Made by a program: the position numbers and the translations under genes. 64,000 nt of DNA from a virus, in the IMG/VR virus record IMGVR_UViG_3300015360_000024, positions 32,001-96,000 of that record. One strand, written 5' to 3'. The notes under the pieces are model-generated. The model was given only the letters and a program-made list of their open reading frames with translations, searched no databases and was not told the origin of the DNA. Below are positions 8,634-16,744 of the stretch, piece by piece (the first letter of the stretch is position 1; each line of letters opens with the position of its first letter).

Positions 8634-8837
8634 TGTGTGTACCTACAGACGAGACTCCGAGTTCTTTCAGAAGCAGCACGAGTCTCGGTAGTGGCACTTC
8701 GGGCACTTTGCGTGTGCATGCTCAGGAACGAGGGGGACGTTACAGGTCGGGCACATCACGTCTGGGTGGCATGACTGAGCTGGGATCTTGTCTGGAGCCT
8801 TGGTTTCGTTGGCAGGGCTTTGTGGTAGTGTCGGCAT

Positions 8838-9134
8838 ATGGACCCACAGGACGTTCTTGTTGTAGCGCTTGACGGGCTGACCCACGAAGTCAATCTTCGT
8901 ACAGCTATCACGATCAATACACAGGTTGGCACAACCGGGCCCGTTAATACTGTTGATCCGGAAGATCCGCAGAATATCATCACCGTGGTCGGACGCACCG
9001 GATACGCGATCCAGTCGCTGCCTGGCACACGCTTCACAGCCAGCTGCGGCATGAGCTTCGACGTGGCGAACAACGCCATCGACGGCGACGCGCGCTTCAC
9101 GCAGGGTGGCACCGTCGATTGTCCTAATTGCTAA
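8838..9134 (+). CDS. Hypothetical protein (opposite strand)
   Basis: 98-aa ORF ending next to tRNA-Leu(GAG). Confidence 0.45.
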   Translation: MDPQDVLVVALDGLTHEVNLRTAITINTQVGTTGPVNTVDPEDPQNIITVVGRTGYAIQSLPGTRFTASCGMSFDVANNAIDGDARFTQGGTVDCPNC

Positions 9135-9135
9135 G

Positions 9136-9217
9136 TGTCACCGGAGGGATTCGAACCCTCACGCCTTTCGGCACCAGCACCTCAAGCTGGCGAGCCTACC
9201 AATTCCTCCACGGTGAC
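9136..9217 (-). tRNA. trnL: tRNA-Leu(GAG)
   Basis: Long variable arm; loop TTGAGGT. Confidence 0.9.
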
Positions 9218-9220
9218 GTA

Positions 9221-9439
9221 TCAGTCTGCGTATCCACGCGTGCCCGAACGAGGAATGTTCGGCTCATGCGCAGGATCTTTCTTGACCTTCGCTAGCTCGC
9301 GCTTCTCTGCGTTCCGCCGGAAGCGGGTGGCGCCTTGCTTTGCGAGCTTGCTCATTCCAGGGCTGCGCTGGTAGGCGGCGCGGAGAGATCCGCGCTCAGC
9401 AGCTTCGAAACGGATGGACTCGATGAGGTCTTGGAACAT
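9221..9439 (-). CDS. Small basic hypothetical protein
   Basis: 72-aa ORF between tRNAs. Confidence 0.45.
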   Translation of the reverse strand: MFQDLIESIRFEAAERGSLRAAYQRSPGMSKLAKQGATRFRRNAEKRELAKVKKDPAHEPNIPRSGTRGYAD

Positions 9440-9487
9440 CCTCAGAAGCTATTTCATCGAGTTAGCGAAGTCAAACCAAGGCAATCG

Positions 9488-9567
9488 TGCCGACGGGGAG
9501 AGTCGAACTCCCACGCACTAGGCGGTGGCTTCTAAGACCACTGTGGCTACCGTTACACCACGTCGGC
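9488..9567 (-). tRNA. trnL: tRNA-Leu(TAG)
   Basis: Loop CTTAGAA; long variable arm. Confidence 0.9.
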
Positions 9568-9575
9568 TAAATCAG

Positions 9576-9649
9576 CGCTCACGGAGGGACTCGAACCCTC
9601 AACATACCGGGTTTAAGCCGGTCCCCTTTGCCAATTAGAGTACGTGAGC
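9576..9649 (-). tRNA. trnL: tRNA-Leu(TAA), short variable arm
   Basis: ACCGG-CTTAAAC-CCGGT. Confidence 0.85.
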
Positions 9650-9650
9650 G

Positions 9651-9839
9651 TTAATTCCAGCGGCTGATCGCTGGCATCTTCTTCTGTACGAGGATCGTAG
9701 TGCCACAACGAAAGAACGCTGTCTCTCCGTTGTGGGCGTCGGCATTAGCAAGCGCCTTAGCGGCAGCCGACAGCGGCCCCATGACGCGTGCAGTTGCCTC
9801 CAGTACCTCGCGAGGGACTGAGGTCATCTTCTTTCTCAT
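9651..9839 (-). CDS. Hypothetical protein
   Basis: 62-aa ORF abutting the next ORF and tRNA. Confidence 0.45.
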   Translation of the reverse strand: MRKKMTSVPREVLEATARVMGPLSAAAKALANADAHNGETAFFRCGTTILVQKKMPAISRWN

Positions 9840-10106
9840 TCAGTTCACCGGGGCGGTATTGAAACCCATCGAGATGAGCTTACCCCGTAACGCGCGATCA
9901 TTCATGTCCGGGTCGCTGACCGCCTGAGCTGCTAGCTCGATGAACCCGATGAGTGAATCGTGGTTGAGGTCGTAGATCCTTGGCCCGGTGTGGACAACGG
10001 CATCGTGCAACAGACCGAAGCAACGTGCCTTGCGCTCGCTGCTTGCGTTATCTCGCATCTCTGCCATTCGCAGATGCATGCTCTTGACCTTGTCTTGAAT
10101 CGTCAT
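9840..10106 (-). CDS. Hypothetical protein
   Basis: ORF from MTIQDKVKS, directly after tRNA-Val. Confidence 0.5.
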   Translation of the reverse strand: MTIQDKVKSMHLRMAEMRDNASSERKARCFGLLHDAVVHTGPRIYDLNHDSLIGFIELAAQAVSDPDMNDRALRGKLISMGFNTAPVN

Positions 10107-10110
10107 GTTG

Positions 10111-10182
10111 TAGCCCCGGCCGGAATCGAACCAGCTGCTTCCGAAGTGTAAAAACGGCACTCTGCCAGTGAGTTACGGGGCC
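10111..10182 (-). tRNA. trnV: tRNA-Val(TAC), weak anticodon stem
   Basis: GGCCCCG/CGGGGCT; loop TTTACAC; two T-T mismatches in the stem. Confidence 0.7.
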
Positions 10183-10214
10183 AGATTCTCAGGCTATCGC
10201 CTGAATGTCTAATT

Positions 10215-11045
10215 TTACCGAGACACGGTGAGGATGCCTCGGATTTCATAGGAAATCGTGTCCCACCATTTGATCTCCGCCTTGGTGAACTTCGTGTGCG
10301 CCCGCCAGGTCTCGCTGACGATATGCTCCTTGGAGAAGGTGCGCCACCAGTCGCTGTCACCGAGGGTGCGAAGGCCAGGCGTCGAGTATCGCTCGATGAG
10401 AGCCTTGGAGGTCGTCTCCACGACACGGTGAGCGTGCTTGGAGATGGTGCAGTTGCGACCCTTGCAGGACTCCCACCGGGGCACATCAGGAAGCGCCCAC
10501 CACTTGCCGGTGTCGCTGTACATGTTGTCGATCACCTTCCGACCCTTGGCGTGCGCCAGCACCGACTCCTTCGAGGGACCCTTGTGTTCGACCTTGCGGT
10601 TGCGCCAGGCACGCTTGCCACGGTCGCGCAGGATGCCGCCATCGTCGATGTAGAAGCGGTGGTAGGCGAAGATGCCAGCGAAGCCGTCTCGCGCAGTGCC
10701 GGCGCCCTCAACGTCGCTCAGCATGTGCTGGTTGACGATGTGCCAGGAAGCGAGGTTCCGGGTGTCGAACTTCGAGGTCAGCTCGCTGTAGACCGCCGCC
10801 CAGGGCTTACCGCAACGGCTCGCGAGCCAGCGGTAGCAGGGGTTCAGCTTGTCCGTGAAGCCCTTACTGACGGGATTGCGCGGCTCGGGGACGGAGTCCT
10901 CGGTAGCCTCGATGTCGAATCGGACCTCGTCGAGCCAGACCTTGGTCCGGCTGCGCTCGTGACGGTGCGACTCGTTGCGCTCGTACTTGTTGTAATTGGC
11001 TCGTCCACCCTCAAGGGCGGAGCGAGAGATGTCCTTGGTGCTCAT
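10215..11045 (-). CDS. Hypothetical basic protein (276 aa)
   Basis: Long ORF from MSTKDISRS with its own sigma70-like promoter. Confidence 0.7.
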   Translation of the reverse strand: MSTKDISRSALEGGRANYNKYERNESHRHERSRTKVWLDEVRFDIEATEDSVPEPRNPVSKGFTDKLNPCYRWLASRCGKPWAAVYSELTSKFDTRNLASWHIVNQHMLSDVEGAGTARDGFAGIFAYHRFYIDDGGILRDRGKRAWRNRKVEHKGPSKESVLAHAKGRKVIDNMYSDTGKWWALPDVPRWESCKGRNCTISKHAHRVVETTSKALIERYSTPGLRTLGDSDWWRTFSKEHIVSETWRAHTKFTKAEIKWWDTISYEIRGILTVSR

Positions 11046-11199
11046 GATGCGGATCTCCTGTTGAACGGCACAATCGGCCTGTGATGAGGCGTGCTTGCTG
11101 CTGTTCATTTGGAGTGCGCATGGTGAGTTCCTTGGAGTTCGAGAAGACCTGCTTACCGTTGCTCCCTTCCGGGCCTGGCGGGGTTCACAGGAAGTAGCC

Positions 11200-11228
11200 A
11201 CCCTAATAGAGCGGAGCTGCTTTGTCAA
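11200..11228 (-). promoter_or_regulatory. sigma70-like promoter TTGACA-17-TAGGGT
   Basis: Direct reading of the minus strand. Confidence 0.6.
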
Positions 11229-11232
11229 TAAT

Positions 11233-11364
11233 TGGTCGACAGGGCGGGGATTCGAACTCCGCGTAAGGCCGTCCCATTGGTAACCATATTCGTCGGCTCG
11301 CTTGCGCGAACATGTTTGTGAACACGGAAATTTTACGGCTGCCTAACCACTCGGCTACCTGTCG
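11233..11364 (-). tRNA. tRNA-like gene interrupted by a 54-nt element (11281-11334); identity unclear
   Basis: CGACAGG/CCTGTCG-ACCA; stem GCCGT/ACGGC encloses the element; residual loop (C)CAATGGG. Confidence 0.7.
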
Positions 11365-11438
11365 GTCCCCCGTGAAGGAATCGGACCTTCATCTATCGCT
11401 TATCGGGCGATTGCACGAACCATTGTGCTAACGGGGGA
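11365..11438 (-). tRNA. trnI: tRNA-Ile(GAT), atypical (C33, T-loop TCCGATT)
   Basis: ATCGC-CCGATAA-GCGAT. Confidence 0.7.
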
Positions 11439-11448
11439 AATCGAATCG

Positions 11449-11522
11449 TAGGGCTGGGTGGGCACGATCCACCGACCTCACGCTTATCAAGCGTGCGCTC
11501 TGGCCAACTGAGCTACAGCCCC
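11449..11522 (-). tRNA. trnI: tRNA-Ile(GAT), atypical T-loop ATCGTGC
   Basis: CACGC-TTGATAA-GCGTG. Confidence 0.8.
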
Positions 11523-11527
11523 AAAAG

Positions 11528-11610
11528 TGCTGGTGACCGGAGTCGAACCGGCCCGGTCTTGCGACCACTGCGTTCTGAACGCAGCGCGGCTACCAATACG
11601 CCACACCAGC
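11528..11610 (-). tRNA. trnL: tRNA-Leu(CAG)
   Basis: CTGCG-TTCAGAA-CGCAG; long variable arm. Confidence 0.9.
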
Positions 11611-11701
11611 GGAAAAATTGTCGGTCATCGACTTTGATGTGTGGAAAATCGCTGAGCTAAGAGGTCAGCACCCAGTTGTTGAATACTGCGATGACCGATC
11701 G

Positions 11702-11774
11702 TCGGGGTGACTGGAATCGAACCAGCCTAGATCTTGGTCCCAAACCAAGCGGCACACCTTGCGCCTTCACCCCG
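11702..11774 (-). tRNA. trnP: tRNA-Pro(TGG)
   Basis: CGGGGTG/CACCCCG; loop TTTGGGA. Confidence 0.9.
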
Positions 11775-11779
11775 TAAAA

Positions 11780-12136
11780 TTATCCCTTGAACGGTTCTAT
11801 CATACAGCGAACGCCAGCATCGCTGAGGATTGCGCCCATTCGCCGCCGACCGTAATCGTTGAACGAGTGGATCACTACGAACTTGGGCCGCTTCTCTTCA
11901 GATAGCGAGGCGATGAACTCGGCCACGTGTGTGCCGGTCTTCTCGTCTGCCGCTGGACGTCCTGCCGCAGCAAGCTCTGATAGATCGTGGTCAAGGTAGG
12001 CCACGTCGAACACGGTTTGTTCAAGAGCCGCGCAAGCGTCTGCGTAGTTCCAGACCGCCGTAATATCAGAACCGATCCGGTTCATCTTGAAGCGCTTGTG
12101 GCGCTCCTTGTCATCGTCGAGAAAGAAGATCTTCAT
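11780..12136 (-). CDS. Cyclic-phosphate-processing receiver-domain (cREC-like) protein
   Basis: IFFLDDD...AYLDHDL...TGTHVAEFI...VIHSFN..GRRRM matches the family pattern LDD/SLDHDL/TG/HS.N..G. Confidence 0.7.
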   Translation of the reverse strand: MKIFFLDDDKERHKRFKMNRIGSDITAVWNYADACAALEQTVFDVAYLDHDLSELAAAGRPAADEKTGTHVAEFIASLSEEKRPKFVVIHSFNDYGRRRMGAILSDAGVRCMIEPFKG

Positions 12137-12144
12137 GAGAACCA

Positions 12145-12275
12145 TGGTTGCACGAGCATGAATCGAACATGCGACACCCGCTTAAGAGGCGGTAACCATC
12201 CATCGGTCGGCTCGCTTGCGCGAACAATAAGTTGAAAGACGGGTTTTAGGTGTTTTGCCACTAAACTATCGTGCA
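12145..12275 (-). tRNA. trnK: tRNA-Lys(CTT) interrupted by a 57-nt element (12193-12249) at about position 27/28
   Basis: Removing the element gives a canonical 74-nt cloverleaf with CCCGC-CTCTTAA-GCGGG and CCA. Confidence 0.8.
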
Positions 12276-12291
12276 ATAAAAAAACGAATCG

Positions 12292-12418
12292 TGGACCAAC
12301 CAGGAGTTGAACCTGGATCTCTCCCTTGCATGGGTAACCATTTCTCGGCCGGCTCGCTTGCGCGAACAATGGATTTAAAACGGGTTTTTTGAGCGTGCTG
12401 CCGTTGCACCATCGGTCC
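12292..12418 (-). tRNA. tRNA interrupted by a 56-nt element (12335-12390) at about 29/30; nominal anticodon TGC, identity uncertain
   Basis: Removal gives a 71-nt cloverleaf, CTCCC-CATGCAA-GGGAG; lacks U33 and the Ala G3-U70 pair. Confidence 0.7.
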
Positions 12419-12428
12419 AAAACTATCG

Positions 12429-12501
12429 TGGCAGCGGAGGAACTCGAATCCTATCGCCGTTCGGCTTATGAAACCGACGTCCTGACCCGCAGGTCGCTGC
12501 C
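12429..12501 (-). tRNA. trnM: tRNA-Met(CAT)-type, short D arm
   Basis: TCGGT-TTCATAA-GCCGA. Confidence 0.7.
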
Positions 12502-12506
12502 AAGTG

Positions 12507-12528
12507 CGTAGCGGTTGCCCGCTACGCG
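12507..12528 (-). terminator. Hairpin downstream of tuf (terminator or processing stem)
   Basis: GCGTAGCG-6nt-CGCTACGC inverted repeat; weak U tail. Confidence 0.45.
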
Positions 12529-12534
12529 AAGTCA

Positions 12535-13716
12535 CTACTCTACGCCCGTCACCACTCCGGCCCCAACGGTCTTACCACCCTCACGGACGGCGAATCGAGT
12601 TCCCGGCTCCATTCCGACTGGCTTGTGCAGCTTGAACGTGATGGCTGCGTGCTCGCCGGGACGAATCATGTCGAGATCTCCAGTGCCCTCCACGGTCCCC
12701 GTGACGTCGGTCGTCCCGAAGAAGAACTGCGGCCGGTATCCCTTGAAGAACGGCGTGTGACGACCGCCCTCGTTCGTGGGAATGACGTACAGCTCTGCGT
12801 GGCCAATCGTGTGCGGCTTCACCGAGCCCGGAGCGATCAGAACCTGGCCACGAACGACCTCGTCCCTCTTCACTCCGCGCAGGAGGATTCCGCAGTTCTC
12901 ACCCGCCCGAGCCTCCTGCTGATCCTTGTGGAACATCTGGATGCCCGTAACAGCGACCTGGCGAGGCTTCTGGTCTTCGCCTTCAAGGCCGATGATCTCG
13001 ACCGTAGCGCCGAGGGCTAGAACGCCTCGGTCGATGCGTCCGGTGACCACGGTGCCACGACCTTCGATCGTGTGAACTCCCTCGATGGGCATCATGAACG
13101 GGGACGTGAAGTCACGGATCGGGTCCGGGAAGTGCTTGTCCATCGTCTCGACCAACTCCTTGATACACGCGACATCCGCGTGATCTTTGCCGTGCTCTCC
13201 GATGGCAGCCAGCGCCTTGAGGGCAGAGCCGCAGACCATCGGCGAGTCGAGGTACTTCTGAGCCTTGAGGAAGTCCGAGGTCTCCTCTTTGACCAGCTCC
13301 AGCAGCTCTGGATCCGCGACGTCCACCTTGTTGATGAACACCACGATGTGCGAGACGCCGACCTGACGAGCCAGAAGGATGTGCTCCTTGGTCTGCGGCT
13401 GAGGTCCCTGAGATCCGTCCACCAGGAGCACTGCGCCGTCCATCTGGGACGCGCCTGTGATCATGTTCTTGATGTAGTCGGCGTGCCCCGGGCAGTCGAT
13501 GTGCGCGTAGTGCCGAGTCTCTGACTCGTACTCGACGTGAGCGATGTTGATGGTGATACCTCTGGCCTTCTCCTCGGGGGCTGAGTCGATCTGATCGAAC
13601 TCGACTGCCTTCCCGCCTCGAATCTTTGCCATCACCTTGGTGATAGCGGCCGTCAGGGTGGTCTTGCCGTGATCGACATGACCGATGGTTCCTACGTTCA
13701 CATGCAACTTGCTCAT
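12535..13716 (-). CDS. tuf: Translation elongation factor Tu
   Basis: [52 protein letters not shown]; 393 aa. Confidence 0.98.
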   Translation of the reverse strand: MSKLHVNVGTIGHVDHGKTTLTAAITKVMAKIRGGKAVEFDQIDSAPEEKARGITINIAHVEYESETRHYAHIDCPGHADYIKNMITGASQMDGAVLLVDGSQGPQPQTKEHILLARQVGVSHIVVFINKVDVADPELLELVKEETSDFLKAQKYLDSPMVCGSALKALAAIGEHGKDHADVACIKELVETMDKHFPDPIRDFTSPFMMPIEGVHTIEGRGTVVTGRIDRGVLALGATVEIIGLEGEDQKPRQVAVTGIQMFHKDQQEARAGENCGILLRGVKRDEVVRGQVLIAPGSVKPHTIGHAELYVIPTNEGGRHTPFFKGYRPQFFFGTTDVTGTVEGTGDLDMIRPGEHAAITFKLHKPVGMEPGTRFAVREGGKTVGAGVVTGVE

Positions 13717-13827
13717 CGTCGTACTCGCTCTCGTGGGCTCTTAACCCGTCTCCTCTGCAGAAACTCCCTTCCACGTCGCCGATAATTCGGCTCCAGACGC
13801 TTCCGTTCGTTGTTGGGTAGCAAAAAA

Positions 13828-14022
13828 TCAAATGAGTCCCTTTTCCTTCGCGATCCACTCGGTGATCACCAGGGTTCCTTCGGTGTCAGCCTTGTAGACC
13901 TCGGAGTCGTCGTCGATTTGGGACTTGGGTATCCAGAACTCTTCGCCCTCGATTACAACGAGCAGGGCCTTCTCGGTGTCACGCTTGACCGTGACGTTCT
14001 GGATCTGAACTTTTTCTGCCAT
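13828..14022 (-). CDS. Small conserved-looking phage protein
   Basis: TEKALLV...WIPKSQI...ITEWIAKEKGL. Confidence 0.6.
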   Translation of the reverse strand: MAEKVQIQNVTVKRDTEKALLVVIEGEEFWIPKSQIDDDSEVYKADTEGTLVITEWIAKEKGLI

Positions 14023-14024
14023 CT

Positions 14025-14100
14025 TGGTGGGCCCTCTCGGGTTCGAACCGAGGATCGATCGGTTATGAGCCGACTGCTTTGACCTCTAAGCTAAGGGCCC
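14025..14100 (-). tRNA. trnI: tRNA-Ile2(CAT)-type, CCA encoded
   Basis: GGGCCCT acceptor and CTCATAA loop resemble the lysidine-modified Ile2 type. Confidence 0.75.
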
Positions 14101-14195
14101 GCAGTCATTGCGACATGTTGCAAGTACCCGTGCGCCCCCCAATTGTCAACGATGCCCGGTTGCTGGATCTGCCCAACCTGTAGTATTCATGGGGC

Positions 14196-14741
14196 ATGTT
14201 CAGGTCGCTGATCAACGAGTGCCGATCCGTCCTTGAAGACGGCGAAGAGTCTGCCGATAAGCCCGCCGTGAACACGGCTGAGGTGGCCCCGAAGGCCAAG
14301 CGGAGGAACAAGCACGATCGAGCGGCCCACAAGATCGGCGAACTACTGGGCACCCACCCGGGGAACTTGTCTCGCAAGAAGATGCTCAAGATGGTTCGCC
14401 ACATGAAGCATCACTTCGAGAAGGGTCACGGGGCAGGCGAAGGCGAAGGCGACTACAAGACCGTCGATGCAGATGATCTGGCAACGCTTGGTCGTCACGC
14501 GGTCGACGTCTCGTCGCACGCCAACGCGATGATGAGAATGCCTGGTCCGGCGCACCACATGGCATCGCACCTCTGCAACCATGTTGCGAACGCTCACGAC
14601 CGGATGAGCAAGTTCTTCAAGATGAACGCCGACGAGGAGTCATCTGAGCTGCATGGCAACGAGTGCGAGAAGCACCGTTCACTCGCCGCCGACCACCGTA
14701 AGAAGGCTCGCCGTCACGGTCACTACGACGGCGAGTACTAG
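14196..14741 (+). CDS. His-rich hypothetical protein (opposite strand)
   Basis: 181-aa ORF with many His residues. Confidence 0.6.
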   Translation: MFRSLINECRSVLEDGEESADKPAVNTAEVAPKAKRRNKHDRAAHKIGELLGTHPGNLSRKKMLKMVRHMKHHFEKGHGAGEGEGDYKTVDADDLATLGRHAVDVSSHANAMMRMPGPAHHMASHLCNHVANAHDRMSKFFKMNADEESSELHGNECEKHRSLAADHRKKARRHGHYDGEY

Positions 14742-14813
14742 TTCGCGCTTGCGGTGATCTCGGAAGTCACCGCTGTGTCGGCACCTAGGACGTGTCGAAG
14801 CGCAACCCGTTCG

Positions 14814-14885
14814 TCCGCCCGCTGGGAGTCGAACCCAGATGAACCGCTTATAAAGCAGCCGCATTAGCCGTTATGCGACGGGCGG
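14814..14885 (-). tRNA. trnI: tRNA-Ile(TAT)
   Basis: GCTGC-TTTATAA-GCGGT; CCGCCCG/CGGGCGG. Confidence 0.85.
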
Positions 14886-14888
14886 ACG

Positions 14889-14958
14889 GCAGGCTGTGCG
14901 GGAATTGAACCCACCAAGGATGCTTTTGGAGAGCGTCCCCCACCCAGTGGCCAGCCTA
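14889..14958 (-). tRNA. trnW: tRNA-Trp(CCA), reduced D arm
   Basis: Loop CTCCAAA; T-loop TTCAATT. Confidence 0.7.
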
Positions 14959-14967
14959 TATCGTTTG

Positions 14968-15040
14968 TGCATCTAGCAGGAGTCGAACCTGCGTTTTAGC
15001 TTTCGGAGAGCTACGTCCTGTCCAGCTGGACGATAGATGC
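14968..15040 (-). tRNA. trnR: tRNA-Arg(CCG)
   Basis: TAGCT-CTCCGAA-AGCTA. Confidence 0.9.
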
Positions 15041-15041
15041 A

Positions 15042-15116
15042 TGGTGACTCTACAGGGACTCGAACCCCGATTTCAGCGTCCGTAGCGCTGCGCTCTGTCC
15101 ATTGAGCTATAGAGCC
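15042..15116 (-). tRNA. trnR: tRNA-Arg(ACG), CCA encoded
   Basis: CAGCG-CTACGGA-CGCTG. Confidence 0.9.
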
Positions 15117-15122
15117 GAGAAG

Positions 15123-15195
15123 CGGTTCCACCGAGATTCGAACTCGGAACTTAGGTTTCGTAGACCTACGTGATATCCATTTCCACCACGGAACC
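15123..15195 (-). tRNA. trnR: tRNA-Arg(ACG), second copy
   Basis: TAGGT-CTACGAA-ACCTA. Confidence 0.85.
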
Positions 15196-15228
15196 AAGAA
15201 AAGAAGCTGCCCTCCACGTCAGAAGTGC

Positions 15229-15605
15229 TTATCGGCCGCTGACTTTCATCAACCAGACCCGTCCAACTACTAAGGCTGGCTCCGGGATCGACCCTCGTCT
15301 GGTAGAGAGCAAAAAATGCTGAATGTACGCAGTAAGTCGGGCGGCGACTTCATCAGCCTGGGGGTAGGCGATGTCGCGTAGGATCTGCTCGACGGTGGTC
15401 AGAATTTTGTCGTCCTTCCACCCGCATCCACGAGCGTCCCTATAGAACGAGATCCAGCAATGGATCATATCGTTCTGCCGGAGAGACTCGCAGACGATCT
15501 CAAGCGGTATCCCGCGAGAGTTGTAGGCGGCGAAGACGTTGCCGACTACGACATTTCCGTCCGATGTCTCTCCTGTCTTGAAAAGTTTCCTGCGTCCCGC
15601 GACAT
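15229..15605 (-). CDS. Hypothetical protein; 5-prime end appears frameshifted
   Basis: Open frame extends well upstream of the tracked ATG (VFAAYNSRGIPLEIVCESL); the RBS-associated ATG at 15605 is one base out of that frame. Confidence 0.4.
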
Positions 15606-15715
15606 TTCGTACCTCCAGGGTTGTTAGAAAAAACGCTCGCCTGACTTACACGGAAGAGTAGCCGCCGCGCACCATACCAGACTGCACCATTACGATTATC
15701 TTGGTGGAAGCGAAT

Positions 15716-15790
15716 TGGAGCCCGCGAAGGGAATCAAACCCTTAACCTCTCCCATACCAAGGGAGTGCTCTATCGTTGAGCTACGCGGGC
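15716..15790 (-). tRNA. trnT: tRNA-Thr(GGT), CCA encoded
   Basis: CTCCC-TTGGTAT-GGGAG. Confidence 0.9.
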
Positions 15791-15798
15791 ATAAACCG

Positions 15799-15870
15799 TA
15801 CACGAGGTGGGGATCGAACCCACGATCTCTGCGATGTCAACGCAGTATTCTTCCGCTGAACTACTCGTGC
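15799..15870 (-). tRNA. trnV: tRNA-Val(GAC)
   Basis: CTGCG-TTGACAT-CGCAG. Confidence 0.9.
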
Positions 15871-15877
15871 AAATTGA

Positions 15878-16018
15878 CGAACAAGAAGTGCAGCTGAGCG
15901 TTTGGATCAGATTATTAGTCAGATTGATAACTCAACTACGACGGCTCGTCAGAAAAAACGGCGAACAAGGAGATGATCGTGGGGTCATTTTCAAGGTAAC
16001 CCATGATCTTCGGCTCGC
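15878..16018 (-). repeat. Intergenic copies of the TGTTCG / CGAGCCG-N9-GGTTAY motif
   Basis: Plus-strand cggctcg at 15942 and 16011; cgaacaa at 15878 and 15962. Confidence 0.8.
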
Positions 16019-16026
16019 CAAAAACG

Positions 16027-16296
16027 TTAGGCCTGATGGATCGGAATCTGGAACGACAGGCCTTTGCCTTCCAACATCTGGTCGTGAAGACGGTCGATGA
16101 GCTTCTCGAACGGGTAGTCGTCGTCTGAGGCGCCGACGTGCGTATGGTCCTCTCCGAGGTATAGGGTCAGCGAGTTGCCACCCCAGTCCGGCGCAAACGA
16201 GACGACCGGCTTGCCGCTGCCTGGACCTTCTCCATCCTCATTGCATCGCTTGACGATATTCCTGAGGATCTCTTCGCATTTCTCTGCTGTCGTCAT
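16027..16296 (-). CDS. Hypothetical protein
   Basis: 89-aa ORF after tRNA-Glu(TTC). Confidence 0.55.
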   Translation of the reverse strand: MTTAEKCEEILRNIVKRCNEDGEGPGSGKPVVSFAPDWGGNSLTLYLGEDHTHVGASDDDYPFEKLIDRLHDQMLEGKGLSFQIPIHQA

Positions 16297-16312
16297 TCAT
16301 GGCCTCGGTGAG

Positions 16313-16387
16313 TGGTAGCGCTTAGGGGTATCGATCCCCTTTCCTCTGTTGGAAAGACAGATGTTCTAGCCAGTGAACTAAAGCGCC
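16313..16387 (-). tRNA. trnE: tRNA-Glu(TTC), CCA encoded
   Basis: TCTGT-CTTTCCA-ACAGA. Confidence 0.85.
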
Positions 16388-16468
16388 GTAGGGTGATTTT
16401 TGACTTATTGAAATTAATGGCTACTATTATCCAGATGATCTTGATGTCGATCTCAGCGCGAGGAATTT

Positions 16469-16672
16469 ATGGACATCAAGGAATTGGCGGGCCTGCTCAT
16501 CTTCTACGGTGACCACAAAGATCACTGCGGAATTTCACGTGTACTCTACCACCGAGCTATCACGAACTCGGACCGTCCGGTCACCTACCCGCCATGTGAT
16601 TGCGGCTGGAATGAAGCTCGAAAGAACGCTGCCGGGATCATCAGGACGAGCGGCGCCCATGGATGGCCGTAG
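16469..16672 (+). CDS. Small hypothetical protein (opposite strand)
   Basis: 67-aa ORF with RBS-like AGGA; HKDHC...CDCG. Confidence 0.45.
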   Translation: MDIKELAGLLIFYGDHKDHCGISRVLYHRAITNSDRPVTYPPCDCGWNEARKNAAGIIRTSGAHGWP

Positions 16673-16744
16673 AGCACGCCGAGGGAGTTTAACCCGTCGA
16701 TCCTGGTTTTGCAGACCAGTGCCTTACCGCTTGGCTATGCGTGC
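16673..16744 (-). tRNA. trnC: tRNA-Cys(GCA), atypical T-loop
   Basis: CTGGT-CTGCAAA-ACCAG; U73. Confidence 0.8.

Noticed and set aside
11281-12390. Canonical group I or group II introns, or HDV-like theta ribozymes
   Set aside because: Elements are under 60 nt, lack P7 R/S motifs, terminal G and GUGYG, and lie inside rather than 3-prime of tRNAs; only a short D5-like GAGCCG...GGTT resemblance remains
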